Below, piece by piece: positions 1 through 13,439 of a DNA stretch of 64,000 nucleotides (position 1 is the first letter of the stretch; every line of letters starts with the position of its first letter). Position numbers and translations under genes: made by a program. Under the pieces are notes generated by a model. That model was not told the DNA's origin, ran no database searches, and saw only the letters and a list, made by a program, of their open reading frames with translations. The DNA lies in the NCBI GenBank assembly GCA_053919585.1, contig CM132786.1. The stretch is one strand, 5' to 3'. This stretch comes from Euprymna scolopes (taxonomy: Eukaryota).

Positions 1-1743
1 GACAACATGGTGAAGTTCCTCCTGGATCTCAAGATCGCGGCCAAATACATATGCAGGAGGAACTACGCAATGTGGGACGTCCTGCTCACAAACCAAAGAG
101 AGGCCGAAGAGACAGCCAGGACTAATCTGCACTGGTAAAACATCAAACTCCAGCCAGAATACCTTAGTCAAACAGTCACCAATGTCGCTGTATTGAAGTC
201 CCCTATCTCCTGGGAGCAAAGCAACTAGGAGCGGTCTTCAGCTAGTACTGGGACGTGGTATCTGTGGCCACAACAAGCAAGAAGAGGGACATCCTACCTG
301 GGGACTACAGACTCCAGATGCGCCTCCGCAAAGCTGGCTTCAAGCAAATACCAGTGACACTGAGGTGCGAGGAGGGGACAATGCCCGTCATAGTAGAGGG
401 ACGGAGATCGCACTGCTCGCACTGTCAGCAGAAGGAGCACATGACCAGGTATTGCTCCAAAAAAAATCCGACCGAAGCTCCTACAGCTGCCGACAAGCTT
501 TATGCCCCAGAGTCGACAACCAAACCAGTGGACCAATCCCCCAGCATTGGATGGGTCACAGTGACTCAAATGGGGAGAACAAAGTCCCCCAATTCCAGCC
601 AGCCAGCAAGCGAACGGAGAACAAGCGCCGCAGCAACAACAACAGCCACTGCAGCCGATTCCGCCCAAGCGACCAAAACACAATGACCAGCAACCGCCGC
701 AGCCAAAGACGTCACAAACCAAACAGCAGCAGCAGCAAGCGCAGCAGAAGTAGCAGCAACAACAGTAAGAGGAGCAGAAAAAACAACTCCAGGAAAAACG
801 GCTGGCCCCTGGACAAACTGAATCGGGGACCAAGAGAAGGAAGGATTGCTCCTCAGAAGATGAGTCTGTCAACGAGAAGGAGGGAACACAAACTCGCCCA
901 CTCCCCGGTCCATTTGAGGAATAAAAGAGAAAGAAAAAGAAAATTAAAAAGATGGAAGGGGAAGAAAGGTGGTCCCCACCCCTGTGAGCATACACCACCT
1001 CCAACAACAAACGCAAACCCCACCCCCACCCCCAAACCAATCACCGAACCAACACCAAACATCGCATCAACCACCACACAAACACCCAACACAGCCCCAA
1101 CGCCAGACACCAGACACCACACACACCACAACAAACACACCAACACCGTACATCACACCAACATCTAACACTGCACCAACACCCACATCCACACCCACAC
1201 CAATGCAAACTGAACAACCATCCAAGAAGAGAAAAAGAAACGAATGCACCCGGGAGAGAGAGGGACCTCTCTGCCTCTCGTGGACCGACCAAAATAATAG
1301 AACTTTGAAAAATTGACCCTCTGTCTGGCAACAGCACTTTCACATCGGCAGGGAAAGACTTTAAAACCACTGCTGGATTGCCAACAGATGGAAGGAAAAG
1401 ATTTCCCGGACGTCCCGCTCCTAATAACTTTTGTCAGAACTCCAGAGGCTTGCAAGAGCAACTTGTGGTCACTTCTGGAGGCAGCTGAAGGGGCCTCGCC
1501 ATGAATTGAAATATTAAAGAAAAGCGACTCTTCCCTTGACGAACTGTTTAAACAATGCAAAGCAAGAATCCCAGTATGGGTCCATACGTCTCTCTACAGG
1601 GCCCTAACATTTATCCTCCCCCTAGATGTTGGCGGATTGTGAGAAAAGGCCATGACCTGAAAAACCTGACCACCTTGAGCATCGCGTACAACGTTGGCAT
1701 CCTTACGCCGGACGACTTTAGAGGCAAGTGCGACACACCTTAA
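1..1743 (+). pseudogene. Disrupted ORF1 (gag-like) of the Tx1/L1 element
   Basis: CSHCQQKEHMTRYC (CX2CX4HX4C) at 414-455, then long low-complexity CAG-rich and Thr/Pro-rich coding tracts (690-1260). Frameshifted pieces end at the stop at 1743. Confidence 0.7.
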
Positions 1744-4110
1744 GGTAGGTGCCATGTCTTTGAATGCGAGGGGATTGAGATCACCGGGCTGGGCGGCTCG
1801 CCTCCGGCACGACCTCTTGTCCATGGGAGTGGATGTTGTTGCGATCCAGGAGACGCATCTCGTTTCATCTGTGGACTGTCAGGTGCTGAACCGGGATTTC
1901 GAAAATTTCTCGGCTTATGGCAGCTCGCGGGGAAAGGGAGTCTCTTTGCTAGTGAAACGAACTTTGTCCGCGTCAGTCAACATTGTTCATATACAGATAC
2001 AGTGGGTAGGCTGGTCGTGGCCGATGTTGCCGTAAAATAGTCTGTGTTTCGGGGGATTGCGGTTCATGCCCATACACCGCTCGCCAGAGAGTCTCATTCC
2101 TCGGTCAGCTTGAAGCGTTTGTAGATTGTCGGAAACGGATAGTGCTAATGGGGGATTGGAACGCCATCGTAGACCCAGATTTATATAAAGTAGAAGGCGA
2201 AGTTAGAGGGTCGGAAAGATGTGAGCCCAACCTTGCTGACCTGATGGCTAGATGCTATTTGGTCGAAAGGTTTTGGGTCGAGCATCCAGGGCGGGACATT
2301 TGAACGTGTACCAATAGCGTTCCCTCCTATCTGAATATCTATTTGGACACGATACTAGTGAGATTTTCTATCTTGCCCCATGTTCATTTAGTTAGGTCAG
2401 TCAGACCATAAACTAGTTATGGGCCGGCGAAAGCTAGAAAATAGGCCTAAGTTAGCGGGGTACTGGAAGTTAAACACCTCCCTTCTGGAGATACAAGAGA
2501 TATCAGTTAAGAGAATTAATAAAAAAAACACTCGTGGAGGCGGTTACCGGAAGTAAGTGGTGGTTAGGTCTAAAAGCCAACATAGAATATTAGAAGCTTC
2601 TCCGTCAAGTATGCCCAGCGCGAAGGCCAAGACGAAGAAGCAGCTAGAGCAGAAACTGGCCCGGGCTACGGGGGAGGGTGATAGGGTTAATCAGGAACTA
2701 GCTAATCAAAACCATCTACGTGAGAATTGTGAACGCTACGAAGATCAAGTAGTGAGAGCTAGTCTTAGAAATATAGGCAAGGAAGCAGTGAAATCTGACG
2801 CTGTCGCGCGTCGCGAGATTTCTAGGGGTGGCACGGACAAATGCATTGCAAAAGTTAGACATCCGGATGGACGTACACTTGAATCGACTCGGGAGATCTG
2901 CGAGAGGGGTTCGATGACATTTCGAGGACCGTTTTACGCAGCAGCCAGATCTTCCAGTCCTTGAGTTTAGCGACTATTTGGCCGACTCTCCCCGTCTTGA
3001 CGCGGCTAGTTGCGAGGGCCGGGTGATGGAACGGGGGGGGGTCTTTACTGCGCTGAAGCAGGTTAGCTGTGACAGATCGCCGGGACTCGAATGGTTTGCC
3101 ATACGAATTGTATTTGAGGCTGTCGCCCATGTTTCTGTCTCTTCTGACGGATGTGTTCAACCATTGGTTTGCTCAGGGATCGATCCCAGGGCAAGTAACC
3201 AATGGAGTGATCACATTGCTGAAGAAAGGTGACGGGCATGATTGGGAAGAGTTCGACGATTGCAGGCCCATAACTTTGCTTAACACAGAGTTTAAAATTT
3301 GGGCCAAGGTCCTGTCGAATCGGCTGTAGGTTGTTATCAACGAGTTGCTTGAACCGGAACAGAACTACGCTGTGAAGGGGAGATCGATTTAGAAAAACTT
3401 GCACCTGATCCGGACGATCCTAGAAGGGTTAATAGAGGACGACACGGAAACCGCACGGATCAACTTTGATCAGTCCAAAGCTTCCAGTAGAGTCGACCAT
3501 CATTTCCTGGCATCCGTCTTAGAGGCCGCCGGTTTTAAACCGGACTTCTGCAAGTGGATCTCTGTGATGTATCAACAGCCCACGGCTGTCGTGCAAGTCA
3601 ACGGAAAGTGCTCAAAACCCTTTGTTATCTCTCGGTTGGTTCGTCAGGGTTGTCCACTTTCGCCCCTGCTTTACGTCCTGGCCTTGGAGCCTCTGCTCTG
3701 CAAGCTGAGACGTAGGGAGGCAAATTCGTCCCTGTGCAGAATGGCTCTGCTTGGCGGCTCAGTAGCTAAGGTATCATCATTCGCCGATGATGTCAGGGTC
3801 TTCGTGTCGAGCTTAAAAGATATCGGGATCGTGTCGGAGGCGCTTGCACAATACGAAAAAATCACGGAAGCCAAGATAAACCACAGTAAGTCGGTCGGCC
3901 TGTGGTTGGGTGCCTGTAGGGGCAACGCAAACCTCCCGGCGCCTTTCAGCCGGACGGATGGGCCAGTTCGGATACTCGTTGTATGGTTCGCACCGGGTCT
4001 TCAGCTTGGTAAGAATTGGTCGGAGGTACGGCCAGAAGTGGGGGCTGCGGTCAACACGTGGCTTCCTAGGAAACTTTCCTAAAAGGGTAGAGCTGAGGCG
4101 TGCGCCAAAT
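1742..4110 (+). pseudogene. Disrupted ORF2 (APE endonuclease + reverse transcriptase) of the Tx1/L1 element
   Basis: ORF pieces 1694-2035, 2557-2964, 3069-3329 and 3399-4082 carry colinear APE and RT motifs. Confidence 0.9.
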
Positions 4111-7100
4111 TAGGGCAGGTTGATTTGCAACTGTATACAGAAAATCAACATGACACTAGTGATGATAGTTGGGATTTGGTGTGATAAGAACATATACCAA
4201 AAATTAGATTCCTATCTTGAACAGAAAATTGAGCATTATATTTCAAAAATCGTGTAGAAAAATGCTGAAAAATCCTTCATTTTCATAGCATTTTTCACAA
4301 CACTGACTTTGAGATTTCACTATTTTTATAAAATATTCAATTAAAAGTGATACATTTATATGGAATATATTGAAAGAAAAGTATATACATGAATTATAAT
4401 TTTAATTATGGATCACACCTAGCAAAATATCTCAACTTTTACTGCAATGATTAAACAAAAAATGTAAAAAAAAGCTTATTAGCAACTAAGTCTTTTAAAT
4501 TTCATAATTCAAAAAGATATGTGGAGATGTATTACACAATATAACAACTTGATACAAGTTACAGAAACATGTATTTTAATTTTTTTATTAAATGCAATAA
4601 TATAAACTGTTTCCATTCGAGGAATTCGAGGAAAATGAAGGTCTAATTTGCTGGCACGATGACTTTGTAATAATTGCTGGCACGATGACTTTGTAATAAT
4701 GTGTTAATGCTTGCTTCCTGTCCATATACAACTTTTTAAGAAAAATCAACCAAATTTGACCGGTGTGTGGCTGAAAAATTAATTGCAGTAATCTTTCTAT
4801 TTTTAAAACACTTATTTATTTATATTTTTGCGATGTAATATGAATAAAACTAACTATTGTTTGGGTAAATTAAGGAAACTAATAAAATTTAATGTACAAA
4901 TATTTATTTACCTAATGGACAAAATCGTTTGAATGCCCTCTTCTCTCACATCCAATTCATATGAGTTTATCATCGATATTATATTTTCCGGAAGTAGTGC
5001 AATAGCACTATATTTTGTTTAAAACAGTAATTTGGATTTCAGTTTACTGTTTCGTTCTCTGAACATATTAAAATATATTGTTGTTGGTTAAAAAACATAT
5101 TGTCAGTTTTGATCTCAAACCAACTAAATGCATACACTTGGATTATAACTTTGACCAAAATGTTTAATTTATCATAGTGTTTGAGAATAGACATCTCTAG
5201 TTCATAAACACATTAATCTTGTGGCTTATGTTAGCCATCTTTCTTGATTCAAGGGCCCAATTTTCTAAGTTTATTTCTCCACAAAAACTGCCAACAGCAT
5301 ACTCAAAAAGTAGCCTCTGGTCCTCACACTTAAATTATTTGTTTCTTCTGCTGTCAGATAATGATGATCTGGACGGATACTATTTTTTTAGAATTCTACT
5401 TGAGGCAAATCTTTATAATTATTGATACAAAGTTTCCCCAAAATGACCAGTAAATGTTGTTAGGCTTTTTGTTGTTCCATCAATTAATTTAAAAATTTCT
5501 GTAAATGCGAGTTCTTCTAGTGGAACCGGAAAATTGGAAAATTTGCATGTTTAATAATAGAGCCAGATTACATAATACTTATATATTATTTTATTTTCCA
5601 CAAAAAAGGAACATAATTGCAGATGAATCTATAGAATTTATTTTACCTCCTTATTAGAAGGACGAGTGCAGATTATATGTCTTGTTTGACAATTTTCTGT
5701 CTTGCACTTTACTGCAAAGTCATCACATCTCAAGCCAGAAAGTTTTCAGCTACAAGAAAATATATCAAACAGTCTGTCTAGCTGTTCCTTCTTTTTTTTC
5801 ACTTTGATTGCTGCAAGAGATTTCATGTCAATCTGTTTAGCCCTCTCATAGCAAAATATATTGACCTTATGTCCTATATAATGTTACCCTAACAAGGGCA
5901 TTTGTGGATTGACTGCTTGCCGAATACTAATTATTTCCTTGGCAATTAACTTAGAAATCTTACTATTTTTAAAGTGGGGATAACTGTTTTCGAGGAAATA
6001 ACTAAACTGGATGACTTGTGATGTTCAGGGTGTTGTTTCATCCAAATGACACGGTAAACCAGCACATTTTGTGAACCACGGGTTAAAACTGAACGTCGTG
6101 CTTTTACTGACATTCTAATTTGAAAAGTAAATAAATAAATGGATTATAACCGAAGGAAACTGTATTAGGCTATCTTCCAGTTTCATACGTAAAAAATAAG
6201 TGCTAGTTATAAGAAATAATGAAACACTTTGTAGAGTTGAATTAGATGTATTGAAGAGAGAGGACCAAACCAAATTAGAGACATAATTTTGTTTAGTTTA
6301 GACATTTTTAGCAGATTTTAGTTCCGCCTTCGATAACATGAATTTATCCATAAATTTCTTGCTGTAGTTGTGCCATTTTAAGCGAGTGTTTAGTGTTTAA
6401 AGTTTGAAAAACCAGTGCGTGTGCATCTATGTTACTCTGGTATTTTAATAGTATTTTCAAGTTAAATTTAAGTTTTATGAAATTTTTGTTTATTAAATTT
6501 TTAGATGAAAGTACAGAATAGTTATAATACAACCTCCTTCCCATATTAAGAATGGCTTTCTAAATAACAAAGTTATTTTAGTACAATAACATAGATGCAC
6601 ACATAACGAAAACCCTTTAAAGAAGTTTCCTTATTTACTTGTATTAATCTTTGTGGGTTATCTGATTTTAAAACTATAATTTTAGAAGAAAAACATCGCT
6701 TAAAAACAATTACTCCCTAAAAAAATAAAATTTAAATTTAACACTAATTTTCTGCAAAGTATTTTTTATTAAGTAGAAAAACTTGAAAATGTACGTGGTT
6801 ATGTTTCGTAAAGAATGTGTAAAATAAAATTGTATGGGCTCTATTTTTGTTGTTGTTTTAATATAAAACTGGAATATTACCATATTTTAATAAAAATTTC
6901 AAATAGCATTTGATGTAAAATATTAGGTTGGTGCAAAAATAATGCTTTTGACTTTTATTTGAACATCAAGAATTACATTGTTCTGTGTAAATCTAATAGA
7001 AAAACAAATTAAAAAAGATAAAACAAGTATGTTTAAATTCACTGCAGATACATTAAATGTAATAATATATATTTTAAACAAGTTTTTTTCGGTTGTGTTT

Positions 7101-7582
7101 TCGAAATAATTAAGGCTAAATCGTAATGTTTTCAAATCAAATAATAAACAAACGTTAATTTTCAATATCAATAACGAGCGTGTTTTGCGACGGTGAAATC
7201 TAAAATGTTTCCACCCAAAAAAAGTTCCTGAAATGAAAAAGCCAACTTTGGTCGCTATTATTTAAAAAATATTATTTTGCCTTTACGCTTAATATTTATT
7301 TCATTAATGCATTATCCTCACTCATTTTATTTAAAAATATAGCTTAAAAATTATTCTAAATAATGATTCTATTTTCTTAACAGTACGGACTGTTTTCATG
7401 ATGGGACGTTTTTGACGATTCACCGAAAAAATTTTAATCGCTTCAATTTTTCAACTTTTAAAGTCATTTCCTCCAGCAAAGATAACGATTTTTAGAGAAC
7501 TATTTCGTGTAGGTATTTTCTATGTCAACCCCTAACTATCATCACCATTGCCTCACCGTGGTTCCAAAATCGACCTGCCCTA
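4111..7582 (-). mobile_element. hAT-superfamily (hATm-like) DNA transposon with a decayed, internally deleted transposase
   Basis: TIRs TAGGGCAGGTTGATTT (4111-4126) and AAATCGACCTGCCCTA (7567-7582). 9-bp TSD GCGCCAAAT / GCGCCACAT. Shared subterminal GTGATGATAGTT motif. Minus-strand transposase fragments LDRLFDIFSC...CDD..VKC, FKLIDGTT, EDQRLLFEYA, RWLT, QVYAFSWFEIK. Confidence 0.85.
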
Positions 7583-9060
7583 GCGCCACATACGTATTTT
7601 CTCTTATCCTTTACCGACTGGCCGTACTTCCACTGTCTGCACAACATCTAATAGCTCTTGCCGAACTCTTGCCCTCGCTTTTTTGGGACAGAGGAAGACA
7701 CTGGATGAGCAGATAAGTCTGTATTAAACGTCCGTGTCAGGGAGGTTTGGGAATGCCGGACTTAAAGTGTCATCGAGACGCCGAGAGACTGGCCTTCCTT
7801 GTCCACTACCTTCAAGATGATCAACCGTGGCACTCCGCGATCACTGCCGCCTTTTCCGACCTCATTCTCGACCCCGCTATCGAGAGTCGTCGCTGGTCGT
7901 GGGGAGATTCAGCCTTCTTGATAGAGTGCTGAGCCACGCTAAAACGACTATCAGGGTCCAGCGACCTTGTGACTGCCACGCGTGAGGAACTCCACAGGGA
8001 TCTAGTGAGGGTGGCTGCCACCGACTCGCCATGCGCGCATTTGGGTTGGCAGCAGAGTGAGACCCACTCCGCTGACCCACTCCGCTGCCAACCGGGCGCC
8101 GGGTTCGAGTCATCTGAACAATTCGGAGTTCGCTTCCCCTCAACAATATACAATACAGTTTTGGTTTCTTGGAGTCGCCGGGCTGTCCCCGTTGCGAGAC
8201 GACGGACGCAGAAACAACAGATCACGCATTTTTCGATTGCTGCGAACTCCGCCAGTACTGGTCGTATGTTGGCCAGGTGACGGCTCGCATCGACCCAGAG
8301 CATTACTGTATAAAACAAGTCTGTGTATATGAAGAGGGGCCAAATTTGAATACGTGTTCCCCGCCTAGGTGTGGAGCGCACGGTTCTAGGGTTTCTGTCG
8401 GACACCTGCCCCTTTCCAGTTTTACTTCCTACTTGTTGTTTCCCTTATTAGAAAGCCTCCAAAACCCCCACCCTCCAAAAACAACCATTTTTTCTTCTGC
8501 CCCCCTCCTCTCGAAATTCAACCCAGCTTGGAAGAAATCAAATCAAACACGAACACATCCCCGCCCTCACCGCAATTTTTTCTCCCCTTTTTAGGGCACA
8601 ACCCATCCCCCCTCCATTTAGAGGATGCCCACAAAACACTGGTTCCTTTACAAACCAGATTGAAACGGGTGGGCTAGCATTCTAGATAGGGTTGGAAGGG
8701 CCTTACTAAACAGGCTTTGTTTGTTATTTTTTTTTGTTTTTTTCCCATGCCCCTTGACACAAATGCAATTTTATTAATATTGTTGTCTTTTTTGTATGTT
8801 TTTATATAAATAAAAAAAAAATAAATTGGGTTGAAGTAGGAACACCCTCTCCCACCACACACACATAAATACAGGTTTAAAGGAGTAACCATGATAAAAG
8901 ATACTGGCCGAGAGAAAAATCATTTAAAATTTACAACAGAGATGAAATGGATCAACCAACGTCATCACACCCCCTTCTTTTTTAGTTGGCCTTGTGCCTA
9001 ATTTTTTGTTCAATTTCCTAACTGAATTGTTTTCCTATGAATAAAAAAATGTAATATCAA
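7583..9060 (+). mobile_element. Tx1/L1 element, 3' part (ORF2 C-terminus with CCHC finger, plus 3' UTR)
   Basis: Resumes as ATYVFSLILYRLAVLP, then GGLGMPDL and CPRC...ETTDHAFFDC. A pyrimidine-rich 3' UTR ends near AATAAA and an A-run at ~9040-9050. The 3' boundary is approximate. Confidence 0.85.
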
Positions 9061-10239
9061 AAAGTGTAATATCTGTTCTTACTACATGCTGTACTTATTT
9101 TTGTATCTTTGTGATATAAAGTGTGGGATCACTTTTCGGTATTACTTTAATGTAAAATGATTACCCACTTTACAATCAGTCAGTCTCATAGCCATTCAAG
9201 TAATTCTCCAGATCATTCAAATTGTTTTTGATGGATTCCAGTTATTTTTTAAGCATTCAAGTCATTCTTAAGATCATTAAATTCACCTTAAGTTCATTAA
9301 AGTCATTCTAAGTCATTTACAGTTTATTTATTTAAGTCATTTCATCCCATTTTTCGGTCATTTTAGTTTATCTTTAAGAATTTCATGTCAATCCTACATT
9401 CACGCATTCATTCATTACACAAGAGCACGCGACAAATGGCTATCGGCCTTGTTCAACAAAAATATGGTTGCAAAAGAAAAAATTATAACAATAGTTTATG
9501 TTTTGTTTAGAGAAAAAGAATCGTAAGAGTTCCTTCTTTTGAAAAACTCGTAATCCTATTGTGCCGGGTACAAATTCAGTTTGCGTTTCCCAAATATTTT
9601 TTCGACAAAAATATAAATAAAGTTCACTTTACCTCGCATTTATGACAACATCTTTCAAGTACAATTTTATTACGTTTCCATGAGTTCTTATTGGAGAAAC
9701 CCGTGCTTTCCACTACTTTATGAAGGAAAGTTCTTTGTCGCACGTGATCCTAATGGTAGTTCAGTAACGAAATCCTTGTAAATTTTCGTCAAAAATCATT
9801 GAATAGTACACAGTTCTTTTAAATACGGTAATTTATCTGTTAAGAGATAAAGAATCATCTTCGTTCGTCAACTGTTATATCCTGTTCAACGGTATATAAT
9901 AATATAACAAAATACGCCGAGTGGAATGTGTAACAAAAAGGTTTATTAGTACTTCGCAATAATACAAATACAAAATGGCTACTTACTTTTGAAGTTCGAT
10001 AAATATAACTGAAGGTAAAGAAAAAGGAATTTAGCGCGCGAGAGCTAAAAGCTCGTCCCTGTGAAGCTTGGTTAACCGGTGTACACTTGTAGAGTGTAAG
10101 ACACGAGACTCGTAGGACGCAAGGCTGCAAACAAGACAAGACGTCCTACCTTAAAATAGTAGCTCTTTTATATGCTGTTTCGTATCCGGTTTGATACGTA
10201 GTCATGTCCCTTATAACACATACATACATTTATATATTG

Positions 10240-10728
10240 GTAACTAAAGTTTTCGACCCAAAAAGATTAATAAGCTGAATACCCTTTATATAAAATTTCA
10301 AATGTTTAGACCAGAAATTGCCTGGGTAATTTGGAAAAAAAACGCAGAGGTCAATCTTTTTTAAGCTTGACCCCTATTATGACCCCTAAACATTTATTGT
10401 TTTGGTCTCAAATAAAGTTATTAAGTTACATCCATATCTAAGGAACCTATATCTAAAATTACAATTGTTTATACGCAAAATAGTCGGAGGAGTTTGGTGG
10501 AGTTCTCAAAAGTAAAATCGTTGAACTTTCACTCATTAATAGCCAAATTGCTGGCCGAAAACCGATCACAAAGATTTTCCAAATCTCAGTACCCTCTATA
10601 TTAAATTTCGAGCCTGTAGACTAAAAATTGACAGAGTTATTGCATAGGGAAATGTACACAGACAGGCACACATACACACAAACACTCATATACAAACACA
10701 GACACACACATATACACAGACACGTTCA

Positions 10729-10794
<66 letters not shown>

Positions 10795-11211
10795 CATGAG
10801 TGCCCGGCGTTGCCTGGGTGTTTAGAGGTGTATGTTAAGCAAAAAAAAAATAGCCGTCAATTTGTTAATATTTGACCCCTATTATTACTCCTTAACATTA
10901 TTGTTTTGGGCTCAAATCGAGTTATAAAGTTAGATCCATGTTCTAGGACCCTATATCTAAAATTTCAAGTGTGTAGACCCCAAATTGTTGGAGGAGTTTG
11001 GTAGAGTTCTCAAAGATCAAATCGTTGAACTTTGACCCCTTAATCGCAAAATTTCTGTCCGAAACCGATCAACTCGATGTCCCCAAATCTCAGTACCCTG
11101 TATATCAAAATTTGAGTAAATTTATTGCGTAGGGAAATGTACACAGACAGACAGACACACAGACAGACATATACACAGACACGTTCAATTTTATAGATAT
11201 ACAAATATAGA
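10240..11211 (-). mobile_element. Head-to-tail pair of ~450-bp non-autonomous Helitron-like elements joined by (TA)n
   Basis: 10240-10730 and 10791-11211 are diverged copies of each other and the reverse complement of 47890-48310. A 3' hairpin CCCAGGCAACGCCGGG lies on the minus strand at ~10803-10818. Confidence 0.75.
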
Positions 11212-11344
11212 TTTTCATTCTTTGTATTTTTTAGGTTTAAGACTAACTTTTAAATAACCGCACCATACAATATACTTTTTAATTTAAAAGTAAAAACAAA
11301 GTTGCGGCCGCTTCTTATTTACATGTTTTTATCTGAAATTATCG

Positions 11345-11670
11345 TTGGTTTTCTTTTATAGTTGCGTTCAAACTATATTTTGTATTATAACTGTTATCAA
11401 CTTTGTTACATTTTAAAATAATACGTCGCAGTATTCCTTTTTTTTAAATGTTTTGTTTAAATCAAAAATATTGTTGGGTCGATCGTCCTAAATTACGAGA
11501 TAAACAAATTGGGATTTGACTGTGTTGATTTCCTTTTATAGTTGCGTACATACTACATTTTGTATTATTAATGTTATCAAGTTTGTTACATAAAAAAAAA
11601 ACTATCCGTTGCAGCGTTTTTTTATGTTTTGATTAAAAAAAAAAAGATATAGTTGCATCGAACGTCCAAA
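11345..11670. repeat. Diverged tandem duplication, unit ~180 bp
   Basis: TTTTATAGTTGCGT...TTTTGTATTAT...TGTTATCAA...TTTGTTACA occurs at ~11355 and ~11535. Confidence 0.75.
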
Positions 11671-12976
11671 AATAGGGTTTGGGGTCGCGTAGAAATCGAA
11701 GAAACAAAGAATGGTTTATGTAGAAGCTTGAAGACAGTAATCGTTTTAGACAGTTTAAAGTCTTCCAAATAACAGGAAAGCCGAGTCGCGTAATCAGTTG
11801 TTATGTAGTATTTTAATCACTGTATAGAATGAATATTAGTCAACTGTAATGTAAGAAACAGAAATATTTATCTAGCTTTTACAAAAGAGAGAAAGAATAA
11901 TGGCTATGTGCATGTGGCGATGTTTTTGAAAACTCGATGTGTTAATATGTGTATAACTGGAGTTTATTTAAAATTATTTTCTCTTATGTAATGAGGGAAA
12001 CAATGTTTGGAAATCTCTGAATGTTTTTTTTCTGTTTTTTTTTTTAGTGAAAAAGTACATTCTAGACTGAACTAATAGCTAGTTCTCAACCATTGAGATT
12101 ATGTGGAATGTGCAGAGGGAGAAATCATTACTTTGGGAATCGGGGAAAGGAAATATTATTTTATATGTATAAGTTTATGAAATATTATTTTATATGTATA
12201 AGTTTATGAGCCAGACAATTAGGGTGGAACCCCATATCTGACTGAAATGCATAATACCCCCCGGTGTCAAATAAGCGCGATAGGAGTATATTTTATTTAG
12301 AGGGAAAATAACAACTATGTAGGTATTTGTGACTGTCATGATATTATGCTCCGATGTAATCTAAGATTTTAAAATAGAATGTGTGTTAGATGGTACTGAA
12401 AAGTTACGTCATATTATGACTAATAGGTTAGACATAACAAATTGTTATGTGGCATCTGCTTGAAAAAAAACTAGTGTACTTTGGTCAACAGGGAAATTTC
12501 TGCAATGAAATTAGTATTTATATATAGGATAATGTCGCAAATAATTTCGTGTTTTACAAATATTTTGGACAATTGTGTGTTCTGTTTATTGCAAGCAAAA
12601 CATTCTAATATCTATAAATCACTAGCTGAAGACGCACAAAAATTTCTTATTGTACCGTTTTTATCAAGAGTTGTTTCTGTACTGAACTTTTAGAGGTAGA
12701 TGATTTTATTGCCGCATTTACAAAAAGAAAAAAAACATATTAAGAGTTAAAGGGAGAAACACGCAAAAAAACATAAACAAACAAACAAACAAAAAACAAA
12801 CAAAATATTTAGTAAAACAGTTTCACCTTTAATCTTCATAATGTAATTGAGAAAACTGAAAAAGAAAATTCATACGCACAATATCACAAATATTGATTAT
12901 TATTAAATATAGATCGCAAAATTGGATTCTCAATCTTACTTTTCTATTACTATATATAATCATAGAAATAAATGTT

Positions 12977-13010
<34 letters not shown>

Positions 13011-13014
13011 TATA

Positions 13015-13132
13015 GCAAAAATGGTAATTAGTAAAAACCTTAAGAGAGTGCTCAATACTATTGCAGAGCAAATTTGTGTTTTATTTTTTTATTACCGTTT
13101 TATCTGTTAAGCTACACATGTTTCGGTTACCG
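13015..13132 (-). mobile_element. Penelope-like pLTR fragment (same family as 31263-31380)
   Basis: Matches GTGCTCAATACT...GAGCAAA...TTTTATTTTTTTATTACCG...GTTAAG...GTTTCGG at 31300-31380. Abuts (TA)n and contains only the GAAAC half of the hammerhead. Confidence 0.7.
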
Positions 13133-13439
13133 AAGTGAAATAAAAGAAAATTTTAGCTTGTATTATTATTTAAAGAAGTCGAACACCAAATACTATATAT
13201 TTTTCCTTAATTCATAAATTGTTTGTTTCTTTACAAACTTCTGAGGGTACTGTCAGGATTTTTATAAAGAACTTTATTTTTAATCTTTCTTCATTCTACT
13301 TGTGTATATAACCCTCTCTTAGATATAGCAAAATATAAGGCGGCACTTGTTATGAATGATAAACACAGACAGTAACTGCACTGTTCTGCATGGACAGTCG
13401 TTTATGTAATATACAAGGTTGTCATAGTATTATTTCTTG

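Larger units (their letters stand above)
1..4110 (+). mobile_element. Tx1/L1-clade non-LTR retrotransposon, 5' part (runs off the window start; interrupted at 4110 by a DNA transposon)
   Basis: ORF1 remnant with a CCHC zinc knuckle, followed by APE endonuclease (SLNARGL, IQETH, GDWN) and RT motifs (SPG-NGLP-ELY, RPITLLNTEFKI, DQSKA, RQGCPLSPLL, FADD). Many frameshifts and stops. GC-richer than the flanks. Confidence 0.92.

Noticed and set aside
294-1560. Cys/Val/Gly-rich minus-strand ORFs
   Set aside because: Antisense shadows of the low-complexity ORF1 region of the LINE.
4645-4700. 27-bp tandem duplication in the hATm element (and a 29-bp one at 12151-12209)
   Set aside because: Ordinary local slippage duplications with no functional signal.
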